A stretch of DNA of 56,500 nucleotides from a virus (IMGVR_UViG_3300035703_000116:1-56500); one strand, 5' to 3'. Positions 9,643 through 19,015 are shown, counted from the stretch's first letter. Numbers and translations: made by a program. Notes: generated from the sequence alone by a model not told the origin.

Positions 9643-10302
9643 TCACAGCGGATTGCTGTACCAACCACCAGTGGCAGGAAAAACCTGCCCACCGGCGAAA
9701 CGAATACGATTTGGACGGAATGCGCCAGCGCCGTAATAAGGATCAATGCGAGCAGTGCTTGTACGACTCACGTATGGCTGATGAAAGCTTGGGTCAATCA
9801 TGTAGCGATACAAAATATCCATTGCAAACGGCGGAATGTAATCAACGCCCGTTTGCGGGGTATCGCCCTGCTTGAACTTAACGCGCAGCGCCCCATCACC
9901 AAGCTCAACTTCTTCGTATTGATTTGTGCTACGAAGGGTTGCACCACCATCATTCACTGCAACCGCCGTATATCCACCTCCACTTCCAAGAAACGCCGCC
10001 ATATAAGCAACGGCAATTTCAAAGTCAATCGGCAGCTCATCAGTTGCAAGCTGACGCCCATCAACTTTGATCAAACGCGGCCAGCTCAAAGATTGCGAAG
10101 CATCAGCGACGTATCCCTTCCACTTCAAGGGGTTGATCGTCATCGTTGCAGCAACAAGCGTCTGCTCTTTTTGCGTGTCACCCAACGACAGCCAAGCTGT
10201 AATGCCAGCGCTCACGGGAAGCTCACCGAGAAGCGTGGTGGCCCTCGCAACGCTGATGAAGGAGTTGGCGTTAGCAGCTCCCAGGGTCGATACGAAGGCC
10301 AT
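9643..10302 (-). CDS. Head-tail adaptor (DnaT-like family)
   Basis: GAANANSFISVA and QSLSWPR motifs; follows the capsid gene. Confidence 0.75.
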   Translation of the reverse strand: MAFVSTLGAANANSFISVARATTLLGELPVSAGITAWLSLGDTQKEQTLVAATMTINPLKWKGYVADASQSLSWPRLIKVDGRQLATDELPIDFEIAVAYMAAFLGSGGGYTAVAVNDGGATLRSTNQYEEVELGDGALRVKFKQGDTPQTGVDYIPPFAMDILYRYMIDPSFHQPYVSRTSTARIDPYYGAGAFRPNRIRFAGGQVFPATGGWYSNPL

Positions 10303-10321
10303 CGTGACGCCTCTCTAGGGC

Positions 10322-10495
10322 TCAGCCCTTGACAGTAGTGGTCTTGGTCTTGGCGCTGGCCACAGGGGCCTTGGGCGCGGGTGCAGGGCAAGCGACAGGG
10401 GCTTCTTCAGCAGGGGCCTCGGCGGGTGCCTCAACCTCAGCCTTCAACTTCGCCTCTTCTTGCTCGCGTGCAAGACGAAAAGTAGTAATCGACAT
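10322..10495 (-). CDS. Small Ala/Pro/Glu-rich protein after capsid gene
   Basis: 57 aa MSITTFRLAREQEEAKLKAEVEAPAEAPAEE...; below the ORF-track cutoff. Confidence 0.65.
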   Translation of the reverse strand: MSITTFRLAREQEEAKLKAEVEAPAEAPAEEAPVACPAPAPKAPVASAKTKTTTVKG

Positions 10496-10513
10496 GACAG
10501 TTACTTGATAGCG

Positions 10514-10536
10514 AAAAGCCCCTCCGAAGAGGGGCT
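10514..10536 (-). terminator. Intrinsic terminator after capsid gene
   Basis: AGCCCCTC-TTCG-GAGGGGCT-TTT. Confidence 0.85.
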
Positions 10537-10549
10537 GTGACTACAGCGA

Positions 10550-11533
10550 TCAGATGTAGCAGCGAAGCTGCGTGATCCGAATGTTGCGATTGTCGGTGAA
10601 CACCTTGCTCCAGTTGGCACCAGTAGCAAGCTCGTTGTTGGTAGGCGAATTACCAGCAGCGTTACCAACCCAACTGATACCGTTCGGATGCACCAGATAG
10701 TGAGTCCGGTTGATCAGATAGTCGATGCCCTTCAGGGAATCGCGGTCGGTCTCGAGAGGAGTCTTGGCAGGAGCAGTTGCAAAAGCAAATGCACCAGGGC
10801 CGAAGAAGTAGGTGTGTAGCACGTCAGCACCACCGGTGCCAGCGCCAGCATCAACAGGCAGGGTGTCGTCAACGAACACCGGGCGACCCAGATAGGTGCC
10901 CAGCTCAAGGCGTTGAGCAGACAGGCGAGTGTCGAGCTGAGAGGTGCTGGAAGCAGGAACAATCAGATCCAGCTTCATCAGTGCGTAGTAGATGCGGGAG
11001 TGCATCAGAACGCCAGTCAGCTCTTGACCTGCATCACCCAGCTTGGCGATGGCGTCAACCATCACGCTCTGAGAGAGCTGAGTGCTGGTACCGCCAGCAG
11101 CGTGAGAAGAGGTCAGAGGGCCACCGGTGGCAAACAGACCCTTGATCACGTTGATCAGTGAGGTCTGCATGTCGCGCACCCAGTACTGACCGGTGCGACG
11201 AGCAATGGCCTGCATGGGGTCAGAACCAGCCAGTTCACCGGCCAGGTCAGAAGCCTTCCAAGCCTTACCACGCATGTTGCGCACGCCGGTCTGCACGTCA
11301 CCAGCCAGAGTGGCGGCGGTCAAACCAGTGGTGTCATCGAGGATCTCGGAGTCACCCGACAGATCACCGAAGAAAGGAAGGTCGATGGTCTTACCACCTT
11401 TGGCGAACTCAGCCTGGATGGCAGAGTTCGTGACCATCAGGCCGGAAGTGACCAGAGCATTGCGGTTTTGCAGCTCTTCCTGCTGGTATTCCAGGAAAAG
11501 CTGAGGAATAAAAGGAATGCCAGCGAGAAGCAT
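10550..11533 (-). CDS. Major capsid protein
   Basis: 327 aa; GGKTIDLPFFGDLSGD, RGKAWKASDLAGELAGSDPM, LGTYLGRPVFVDD; highly biased codons. Confidence 0.93.
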   Translation of the reverse strand: MLLAGIPFIPQLFLEYQQEELQNRNALVTSGLMVTNSAIQAEFAKGGKTIDLPFFGDLSGDSEILDDTTGLTAATLAGDVQTGVRNMRGKAWKASDLAGELAGSDPMQAIARRTGQYWVRDMQTSLINVIKGLFATGGPLTSSHAAGGTSTQLSQSVMVDAIAKLGDAGQELTGVLMHSRIYYALMKLDLIVPASSTSQLDTRLSAQRLELGTYLGRPVFVDDTLPVDAGAGTGGADVLHTYFFGPGAFAFATAPAKTPLETDRDSLKGIDYLINRTHYLVHPNGISWVGNAAGNSPTNNELATGANWSKVFTDNRNIRITQLRCYI

Positions 11534-11678
11534 TGTCTTTGCCTCAAAGAAGAGAAGAAAACAAACGAGCTGCCTACAGCACTGCTGTCAGGCGGATTGA
11601 AAAAGCTTGTGTCGGTACAACCGCACTGCGCGAGCGCTTGGCTCGACTTCACGAGGCACGGCCTCTAACACTGAAATA

Positions 11679-11864
11679 CTAGCGCTTCTTCTTAGCGGCA
11701 GGCTTGCGCTTCTTCTTGGGAGGCATACCGCTTTCACTTGCGGCAATCGCCATCGCCTGAGCGCGACTTGTTACTTTCGCCCCAGACGACGACTTGAGCT
11801 TGCCACTGTAAAATTCACGCATCACTTTGCCAAACTTTGCTTGCTGCTTGCTTGGTTTTTTCAT
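11679..11864 (-). CDS. Small basic protein (DUF6496-like)
   Basis: KFGKVMREFYSGKLKSSSGAKVTSRAQAMAIAASE. Confidence 0.7.
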   Translation of the reverse strand: MKKPSKQQAKFGKVMREFYSGKLKSSSGAKVTSRAQAMAIAASESGMPPKKKRKPAAKKKR

Positions 11865-11883
11865 GATCAGAATGCGAGATAAT

Positions 11884-11907
11884 AAAAAAGCCCCACCGAA
11901 GTGAGGC
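11884..11907 (-). terminator. Intrinsic terminator
   Basis: GCCTCAC-TTCG-GTGGGGC-TTTTTT. Confidence 0.8.
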
Positions 11908-11927
11908 GTCGAAAAACAAAAACGAAC

Positions 11928-12224
11928 TCAGGGAGTTTCATCCAGAGTCCAACCCTTGCCAGTGGCAACTGCTTTCTGACCAGAGGTCAGAGCACCAGTG
12001 CCAGTGCAACCGCTGATGTCCAGGGTCTGAGTACCGGTCACGGTGGGCAGACCGGCAAACAAAGCAACAAGCTGGGCGGTGGTGTAGGTGGTCGGCAGCA
12101 CCAGGATGGAACCAGTACGAAGACCGGTGCCAGCGGCATAGCAAATGCGAATGCCGGAGATCATTTCTTCGATCTCAGTGGTGATCTGGCGACCAATGAT
12201 GTTTTGATCAGTCTTGAAGGGCAT
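11928..12224 (-). CDS. Hypothetical, possible capsid decoration protein
   Basis: 98 aa Thr/Gly-rich; capsid-like codon bias; own terminator. Confidence 0.5.
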   Translation of the reverse strand: MPFKTDQNIIGRQITTEIEEMISGIRICYAAGTGLRTGSILVLPTTYTTAQLVALFAGLPTVTGTQTLDISGCTGTGALTSGQKAVATGKGWTLDETP

Positions 12225-12301
12225 GGCGAGTGAGATGAGCGCTCTGACACATGCTAAGAACCCCTGCCCCGTCTAGCCTTTTCTTGCATAGCAGGCGAAC
12301 T

Positions 12302-12493
12302 GTGTCAGAAAGACGCACATGGAACTCGCCCGTGCGCGAGTCCTGGAATCCCATCATTCATCATCTACTAAAAGCCGTAGACACGCACAATCGACTTTAT
12401 TTTGAAACCTGCGACGAATGGCATCTTCAAAAAGCTAGAGAGATGCGTGCTTATGTTGTTGAACTTAAGGATTGGATTAAAAATCAGGAGTGA
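12302..12493 (+). CDS. Hypothetical protein
   Basis: RRTWNSPVRESWNPIIHHLLKAVDTHN; GTG start assumed. Confidence 0.6.
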   Translation: MSERRTWNSPVRESWNPIIHHLLKAVDTHNRLYFETCDEWHLQKAREMRAYVVELKDWIKNQE

Positions 12494-12502
12494 ATTGCTT
12501 AT

Positions 12503-12778
12503 TTACCATTTTTCGCGGTGACTCCAATAGCGCGGCGAGAATTTGTCGGGGCTTGGATCCTGCGCATTGTGACGTGCATAATATGCACGACGACGAGCTT
12601 TTTCCGCTTCTGTTTTCGGCGCAGATCCAGCCCCCTTCACTCCTTGCTGCCCAAAACGCACAAGTTTAATCCTGTCACCCTTTTTCACTAAAACAGCATG
12701 TGACTTAGTGGGATGGTTAGGTGTTCTTTTCGGCTTATTGTAATCTTCAAAAGTTTCTCCGCGATACGTGATTGACAT
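12503..12778 (-). CDS. Small basic hypothetical protein
   Basis: ITYRGETFEDYNKPKRTPNHPTKSHAV...YWSHREKW. Confidence 0.7.
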   Translation of the reverse strand: MSITYRGETFEDYNKPKRTPNHPTKSHAVLVKKGDRIKLVRFGQQGVKGAGSAPKTEAEKARRRAYYARHNAQDPSPDKFSPRYWSHREKW

Positions 12779-12810
12779 TTTACAAAAGCAGCTATTCGTA
12801 CTGTAGCAAT

Positions 12811-12833
12811 AAAAAAGACCCCCGAAGGGGTCT
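12811..12833 (-). terminator. Intrinsic terminator after scaffold gene
   Basis: AGACCCC-TTCG-GGGGTCT-TTTTT. Confidence 0.85.
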
Positions 12834-12854
12834 CACCCGTCAACCATCTGCAGG

Positions 12855-13697
12855 TTACATGCTCTGAAGAGCGCGTCCCAGCACGGGGTCGAGCTTACCA
12901 GCGATGCGAGCCTCTGAGATCAAGCGCTTTGCCTTGTCGGGATCTTTTTGCAGAATCTCTGCAGCTTTAGTAGCATTCAAAGAATCCTTGCTGAAGGGAT
13001 TGTTTGAATAAGAAGGCGTAGCAGAGCGATTTGTCGTCATGCCAGACCCAGTTGCGCCACTTCCTGCAAAGTAGACGGCGTACTCTTCGTCTTCACGAAG
13101 ACGAGAAACGGCGTCACGAAGAGATACGGGATCGTCCTCCGATCCATACACAACAGTGCTTTCATCGTCAAGAAGACGGAATTTTTCCTTAAGCAACTTA
13201 TAAAGATGCGATGGGCGACGACATTCAACTTTTGAAAGTTCGTCGGTCACAAAACGCTCAAGTTTGTTCTCACGGCGCTTTTCACGCTCCTGATTGCGCT
13301 CCTGCTCAAGCGACTCATTCACCTTGCGCAGATCGGCAAGCTCCTTGCGAAGCGACGTGAACTGAGCCTTTAGGGCCTCATTCATCGCATCGGAAGGCGT
13401 TTGCTCCGACCCCGCACCAGAGGACTGTTGCTGCGTCTCAGAAACGTTGCTATCGGGCTTTTTGCCAAGTGATGCGATGCGATCAGCAATAGCTTCCTCA
13501 TCGAGATCATCAGTCAGCTCGATGCCAGCGACTTTCAAAAAGCTGTCAATCGTCTTCTTTTTCTTAAGATCCTTAAGCAGCCCTTCTTTCGTCGCCTTTA
13601 GCCTAGTGCTTTCGTTTTCCAGCTCGCCTGCCTTCTTTTGAAGGGCCTGGATCACTGCAAGAGCGTCTTCAAGAGTTTCTGGGGTGTGCTCAGTCAC
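12855..13697 (-). CDS. Capsid scaffolding protein
   Basis: Coiled-coil, GSGATGSG linker, NPFSKDSLNATKAAEIL; between portal and capsid genes. Confidence 0.82.
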   Translation of the reverse strand: MTEHTPETLEDALAVIQALQKKAGELENESTRLKATKEGLLKDLKKKKTIDSFLKVAGIELTDDLDEEAIADRIASLGKKPDSNVSETQQQSSGAGSEQTPSDAMNEALKAQFTSLRKELADLRKVNESLEQERNQEREKRRENKLERFVTDELSKVECRRPSHLYKLLKEKFRLLDDESTVVYGSEDDPVSLRDAVSRLREDEEYAVYFAGSGATGSGMTTNRSATPSYSNNPFSKDSLNATKAAEILQKDPDKAKRLISEARIAGKLDPVLGRALQSM

Positions 13698-13718
13698 GCA
13701 AAATCGTCAGTTGACTCG

Positions 13719-15446
13719 TTAAATAGTAGCACTGTTCGCCTCGTTTACTTCAAGAGAGTACTCGGCGAGTTCAAGGTCACGCCCCTCGCTCAGCGAGGAA
13801 GTGTTATCCACGGGGATCTGCCCACGATTTACCATCTGGCGCCCACCAGCGCCAACACCAAGCTGTTGAGCGGTCTCGGTTCCGTCAAGATTCATGTCGC
13901 TTAGCAAATTCTTAACACTAAAATCTGGCAGCCCTTCAAACATTTCACCCGCTTCAAGCATACGCAGGAACATTTCAATCGTAATTGCGTTGCTGTCTTT
14001 GAACAAAGAGCTGAGCGCCATTACTTGTTGAGAGTGCAGCTTAACGGGGATGAAGTTTTTGCTAATCCTCACGCGCACTTCAGGGATAGAGCGATAGGCA
14101 GACGCATACAGCAGCGCACGATTCAGTGCATCTTCCAGCCCCTGCACGAGCACGGCGAGCTGAGAATCGCTCTGAGAGCGGTCCAGGAGCTTCGCAAAGC
14201 CTGACTCGGCCTGGGTTTTGCTGGTAGTCATGGCAACGGCGGCAAGGCGCTCCATGGCCGCTTCCACACGCCTCAGATTCTCGAGCGTGACCGATGCGCC
14301 CTCCATCGAAGCGCTCATCAAACTGAATTTCGCGTCAGGATTCTGCGAGAACAGAGCACGCCCAGCGCCCGCCTTGATCTCATCATCAGGACGCACACCA
14401 GTACCTGTAAGGATCGGCGAGGAAGTCAAGTGAATTGTCTCTGCAAGATCAGCAGACACACTCCAATGATGCAAGTTAAGACGTGCGATGTCAAAAAGAA
14501 GTGGGCGGGCGCGGAAAAATGCTTCTTTTTTACCCCCAAGCACAGGGACGAACGGGATGAACGGAATTGAAAGATATGTAGTTTCTTCAAGAATGTACTT
14601 ATCTACATTGCTTGTGCTGTTGCGCTTTGTGTAAAGACGACAGCGTACTCGCTGTCCTTCAATTGCAGGTTCAACTTCGTCAGAAAGCTGAGAAACATCG
14701 TTATTTGCAAGATTCACGATGTCATATACACGCACTGCAGGGATAACTTCTTCAAAGAATTCGTTCTCTTCGCTTTGACGACGTACTTCTGTCTTGATGC
14801 GCAAGTAAGTGGGAAACGCTCCAAAAATATTCTGCGCCCCGATCTGTGCGTTGAACACGTCATAACGACACTCAAGCACCTGATCCATGCGCATAAGCAC
14901 GAAATAGGGGCGTGGATTGATACGACGCTCCTCAGCAGCACTCAGACCTTCAGGGAGCTTGGGGTATTCGACCCAAATTGCAGAAACACCCCCATCAAGC
15001 GCTTCTGTAAATACTTCTTTTGTGAATGAAGCAAGCGAATGTCCTTCAAGATCAACATCTTCAAAGAAATTGCTCCACTCGGATGGTATAATTTCAGGAG
15101 CAGCAACTCCTTTGCGAAGCGCCGTCCCGCAAACTAAATCACGAAGATGACAGTAATAGTTTTGAAAACTGCTTTGTGCGCGTGTTTTGCGCACTTCATA
15201 GCTTTTTGGCTCTTCCAGATAGTCCTGGGGCAGATACTCGTCAGATGCTTCAGAGAGATAGAACTCAGGAAGCGTGCAAAAACGAATGGGGGCGAGGCGT
15301 GAAAACTGCTCCGCTTGCTCAATCGAATACGCATCTACGCCAGATACTTCTTCAAACGCCTCTTCGTATTCAGGAAAACGCCGCTCGAAGGGCTGCGCGA
15401 TCAAATTATCGGCTGTTGGGACCAGCGAGTTGGGGATGATCGTCAC
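13719..15446 (-). CDS. Portal protein (DUF4055-like)
   Basis: 575 aa after TerL; FFEDVDLEG, RPYFVL, IPFVP, PLLFDIARLNLHHW. Confidence 0.9.
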   Translation of the reverse strand: MTIIPNSLVPTADNLIAQPFERRFPEYEEAFEEVSGVDAYSIEQAEQFSRLAPIRFCTLPEFYLSEASDEYLPQDYLEEPKSYEVRKTRAQSSFQNYYCHLRDLVCGTALRKGVAAPEIIPSEWSNFFEDVDLEGHSLASFTKEVFTEALDGGVSAIWVEYPKLPEGLSAAEERRINPRPYFVLMRMDQVLECRYDVFNAQIGAQNIFGAFPTYLRIKTEVRRQSEENEFFEEVIPAVRVYDIVNLANNDVSQLSDEVEPAIEGQRVRCRLYTKRNSTSNVDKYILEETTYLSIPFIPFVPVLGGKKEAFFRARPLLFDIARLNLHHWSVSADLAETIHLTSSPILTGTGVRPDDEIKAGAGRALFSQNPDAKFSLMSASMEGASVTLENLRRVEAAMERLAAVAMTTSKTQAESGFAKLLDRSQSDSQLAVLVQGLEDALNRALLYASAYRSIPEVRVRISKNFIPVKLHSQQVMALSSLFKDSNAITIEMFLRMLEAGEMFEGLPDFSVKNLLSDMNLDGTETAQQLGVGAGGRQMVNRGQIPVDNTSSLSEGRDLELAEYSLEVNEANSATI

Positions 15447-15487
15447 TGCTCTTCAGAGTCTTTTCATGCAGTGTAGCTCTTACAAGC

Positions 15488-16885
15488 TCAACGCCAACGC
15501 GGGCGAGAGAAGTGAGCTGTTGCGCGTGGCATTGTTTGCCAGACTAGATAACGTAAAGCATCACCGGCGTGGGAAAGATCATGCTTACCCCCTTTTTGTG
15601 GGCGATAATTTTCATCGTAACCCCAATTCTCAAGACTCTGGAGCGTCTCCGGACATGTTGTTGGGTTGACGAGAACACTGTTTGAGTGAATATACATATT
15701 GGCGTGTGAAATAGTTTCAGCAACTGGGGGGTTGCGTCGTTCGGCAACAACTTTGATGCCAGCGCCACGAAGAATGTCGTGATCACTTTCTGTTGCACTG
15801 GTGCTTGCGTGACTGCCACTGGCGTCTGGGTAGCAAGTCACCATTCCATTTGCAAGCTGCCTAGGGAATTTGCGCTTAACGTGCTCAATCAGATCAAATG
15901 TCGTGCGACATGTGTGCTCATCAAAAATGTGAACTGCTTGTCCCGTGGGCGATGGGCGAACAACGGCGTAACAGGACTGACTCTTGCCCACGTTGAAGTC
16001 GGCGCCAAAAACAATAAGCTCGTTCGGCTCTGGATAGAACACGCTCGTGCAATGTTTTTGTCGATCAAATTCATGAAAGACAGTTGCCTGCGCAAGATTG
16101 ACAAATTCACCGTTTAGATAAGCTTCAATCAAATTGGCGGGGTAAGTAGCTCTCAGGTTTTCAATGAAGCCCGGATCAAGATATGGGTTGTCTGCTGTTT
16201 TTGCTTTATACAGTGCTTTTTCGTCTGATGCTTCTCGCACAAACATGTTATAAAGAGCTTTGTGACCCTCGGGCGTAGATGCAAAGCCGAGCTGAGGGCA
16301 TTTCCCTACACGAACGCGCCCCTGGAGTTTTACAATTGCCGCCTCTGCTGTGTGCGTTGAAACTGTATCAATTTCGTCAACAACCATACTTGCGGCATTA
16401 ACCCCGATGATTCTGTTGTAATTTTCAAATGAGCGCAAAAGAATAGGGGTATCGCCCCTTGATAGTTTTAGCGTAAAGACGGGAAGTGGGCTCGTGCGAA
16501 ACTCATACGGAATCCCGTATCTATCAAGTACACTTTGCCATGCAGGAATTGCGACGTCGCGTAAAAGTGGGATTGTGGGCTCGAGAAATAAGTGAGTAAA
16601 GCCCGGACTGCGAAAACATAAAAGTATTGATTTCGTGACTGCTGCAAAGCTTTTCCCGCTACCAAATCCCCCACATAACGCCACCATGCGATGATCAAAA
16701 TCCGTGACAAAATCTTTTTGATGCGGAAGTAGATCAGCAATTATTTTGATCTCACAGGCGGAGTGATCGAATGTATTGTTTCCGCGTCGTGCTATTGCAC
16801 GTAGCTTTGACGTATCTTCAAACAGCCCAAGCGATTGCAACGCGGCTCGATCTGCATAACGACTGCTGCGTGCTTTAGCTGGCAT
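15488..16885 (-). CDS. terL: Terminase large subunit
   Basis: Walker A GGFGSGKS, Walker B VVDE, STPEG, nuclease motifs GADFNVG and HAGDALRY. Confidence 0.95.
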   Translation of the reverse strand: MPAKARSSRYADRAALQSLGLFEDTSKLRAIARRGNNTFDHSACEIKIIADLLPHQKDFVTDFDHRMVALCGGFGSGKSFAAVTKSILLCFRSPGFTHLFLEPTIPLLRDVAIPAWQSVLDRYGIPYEFRTSPLPVFTLKLSRGDTPILLRSFENYNRIIGVNAASMVVDEIDTVSTHTAEAAIVKLQGRVRVGKCPQLGFASTPEGHKALYNMFVREASDEKALYKAKTADNPYLDPGFIENLRATYPANLIEAYLNGEFVNLAQATVFHEFDRQKHCTSVFYPEPNELIVFGADFNVGKSQSCYAVVRPSPTGQAVHIFDEHTCRTTFDLIEHVKRKFPRQLANGMVTCYPDASGSHASTSATESDHDILRGAGIKVVAERRNPPVAETISHANMYIHSNSVLVNPTTCPETLQSLENWGYDENYRPQKGGKHDLSHAGDALRYLVWQTMPRATAHFSRPRWR

Positions 16886-17052
16886 TACTTCTTATTGCTT
16901 TTTCTCTTTTTAGCAGTTTTTGCGGCTTTGCGGAAGTCTGATGCACTAGGCGCCCCCTTCTCGCCCGGCTTTCTCATGCGCTCATCACTGCCCTCTTTAA
17001 TACGCTTGCGTTTGGCGTTGATGTTGGCGTAGAGCCCAGGGCGCTTTTTCAC
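16885..17052 (-). CDS. Small basic protein
   Basis: 55 aa KKRPGLYANINAKRKRIKEGSDERMRKPGEKGAP; TAATG overlap with terL. Confidence 0.7.
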   Translation of the reverse strand: MKKRPGLYANINAKRKRIKEGSDERMRKPGEKGAPSASDFRKAAKTAKKRKSNKK

Positions 17053-17076
17053 GGGGAGCAGGCGACTAAAAGGAGT

Positions 17077-17355
17077 CTATTCTGCGAAGAATAGTATGTC
17101 AGGGATTAAATCAGAGTTGCGTAGCTCAGAGAAGGAGCGAGTGGCAACATCATCAGGGATGAAATTGACAAACGATTGTTGATTTTCACAAACAATCACA
17201 ACATATTCAAATTTATTCAATTTTTGAGTCATGCGAAACAAAAAACGTGATTTTTCATTCAATTTACTAGCTATTGCAAAGCGTTTGAAGTCTTGAGGGC
17301 GCAAATAAATACGTAATAATTCAATGAAAGCTTGTCGATCTAACGTATTTTTCAT
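17077..17355 (-). CDS. Hypothetical protein
   Basis: ATGA overlap with upstream ORF. Confidence 0.55.
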   Translation of the reverse strand: MKNTLDRQAFIELLRIYLRPQDFKRFAIASKLNEKSRFLFRMTQKLNKFEYVVIVCENQQSFVNFIPDDVATRSFSELRNSDLIPDILFFAE

Positions 17356-17552
17356 GTCATTTCACGTGTTGCACTGACAACATCATATTGCGACTTTCGT
17401 GATGCACTCGATAGCTCAACAAAGCGCTTAAATTGTTGTAAATCTTTAATATCAAGTAGCAGCATGTTGATCGCGTCTAGTTGTTCGTCTAATTTTTGCT
17501 GTAATTCTTGCACTTGTTGCTCTAATCGCTCGATGCGTTCCGTTTTTGACAT
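17352..17552 (-). CDS. Small coiled-coil hypothetical protein
   Basis: RIERLEQQVQELQQKL; promoter upstream. Confidence 0.6.
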   Translation of the reverse strand: MSKTERIERLEQQVQELQQKLDEQLDAINMLLLDIKDLQQFKRFVELSSASRKSQYDVVSATREMT

Positions 17553-17573
17553 GACGTGCGTGATAACAAAGCG

Positions 17574-17602
17574 AATCTACTGTGTCGTGCGCGATCTGTC
17601 AA
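17574..17602 (-). promoter_or_regulatory. sigma70-type promoter
   Basis: TTGACA-17bp-TAGATT. Confidence 0.65.
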
Positions 17603-17814
17603 CTGTTAATACTTTGTAAATAGTGAGCTAGAATACGTTTTCAAAAAAATTTAGCAAGTGCTTTTTGTGAAAAGCTTAAGAAGGTGTTTTTTGTTTTGTA
17701 GTGTCTGCTGGAATAGGGAAAAAAAATTTGGGCTGGGGGGTAAAAGTAAGCCCCTCCTGGCGAGAGGCTACCCCCAGAGGGCCGGCGTCGTGGCCGACCC
17801 TACCGGCTGATCGG

Positions 17815-18465
17815 TTACTTTTCGGATCGGATCAGACCTTTGACCGCTGCGACCTGAGCGTTAGCCGGTGCGATCCAGTGTGCGAGAACTGGATCCAACT
17901 GGAGGCCTTTAACCTCCAGCTGCTCGCCGTCGATTTCAACGGGACGGCCTAAGCGTGCGAACAGGGTGCTTGCAACTTTAGCCGTGCTATTGAGGTCGTT
18001 GCCCGCTCCGGTGTCGTACTGCGCCAGCTCGAAGGCGCAATAAAGGCAGGCGATGTCAGCAAGGGCTATCCGGCCTTTGTTTCCACCAGCGAGGGCGATT
18101 GTCGAGAGGATAAAGAGATGGCGGCGGCGGTTACGGGCCGTTGCCCACGCGTCGTTACAGCGGCCGGTGGTGGGGTTCATGCGTGCGGGACGGTTTCGCA
18201 TCGGGGTGTGATCGTTGCCTTCGCGTTCAATCAGCAGATTGTTTGCGTGGGTCATACCGGCGCGGGTGAGGGCAGCCTGCGTGAGGGGCTCCAGCGCTTC
18301 CCATACGGGGTTTGGCTTGGGGCCGTTGTTGGTGGATCGCTTGGCACTGGTTCCTGTTTGCTCCAGTTGGGCGCTGGTGGCGGCCATCAGGGCTTCCATC
18401 TGCTGGAGGAAGTCGGGCTCCTGAGCGGCGTTGGTGGCGGCGGGGGTCTTGGTGGCGCGGGTCAT
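17815..18465 (-). CDS. Hypothetical protein, GC-rich
   Basis: 216 aa ORF; markedly more GC-rich than its flanks. Confidence 0.7.
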   Translation of the reverse strand: MTRATKTPAATNAAQEPDFLQQMEALMAATSAQLEQTGTSAKRSTNNGPKPNPVWEALEPLTQAALTRAGMTHANNLLIEREGNDHTPMRNRPARMNPTTGRCNDAWATARNRRRHLFILSTIALAGGNKGRIALADIACLYCAFELAQYDTGAGNDLNSTAKVASTLFARLGRPVEIDGEQLEVKGLQLDPVLAHWIAPANAQVAAVKGLIRSEK

Positions 18466-18619
18466 TGATCTGCGGTTGTGAGTGAACGGCGAGGCCTTCG
18501 GCGTCGCTTGCTTTTGATCTTAAGCGATAGGTTGCGACTTTGTAGGTTCTGACTGATAAGAGTATTTTATAGCTATACTTTTACATTTAACTAACTATAA
18601 AGTATAAAGTAACAATTCA

Positions 18620-19015
18620 ACGCAAATACAAATACTTAGCAAATAGCAAATAATACTATTACTTTGCAAATACTTGTTAATTACAAACAAACAGCATTTG
18701 CTAATTAACTTTATAGTTTACAAATACCTGGAGAATACAAATAACTAGCATTTGCTATTTAACATTTAGCAATCGCTAACAAATAATAACATTTAACAAA
18801 TAGCTGTAATTACAAATAACTAACATTTGCAAAATAATAATTACATTTAACAAATACTATCTATTACAAACAAACAGCATTTGCTAATTAACAAATAGCA
18901 ATTGTTAATAAATAATTGCATTTAACAAATAACTGTAATTAACAAATACCTGGACATTACAAATAAATACTATTAACAAATAATTGCAAATAATAAATAA
19001 TTGCAAATAATAAAT
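18620..19015. repeat. Degenerate 17-bp periodic array (TTAACAAATA-N7) in AT-rich non-coding tract
   Basis: (C/T)AAATA cores at 18892, 18909, 18926, 18943, 18960, 18977; also 18780/18797/18813/18830, 18721/18738, 18987/19004; exact 30-bp duplicate at 18680-18709 and 18863-18892. Confidence 0.85.
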
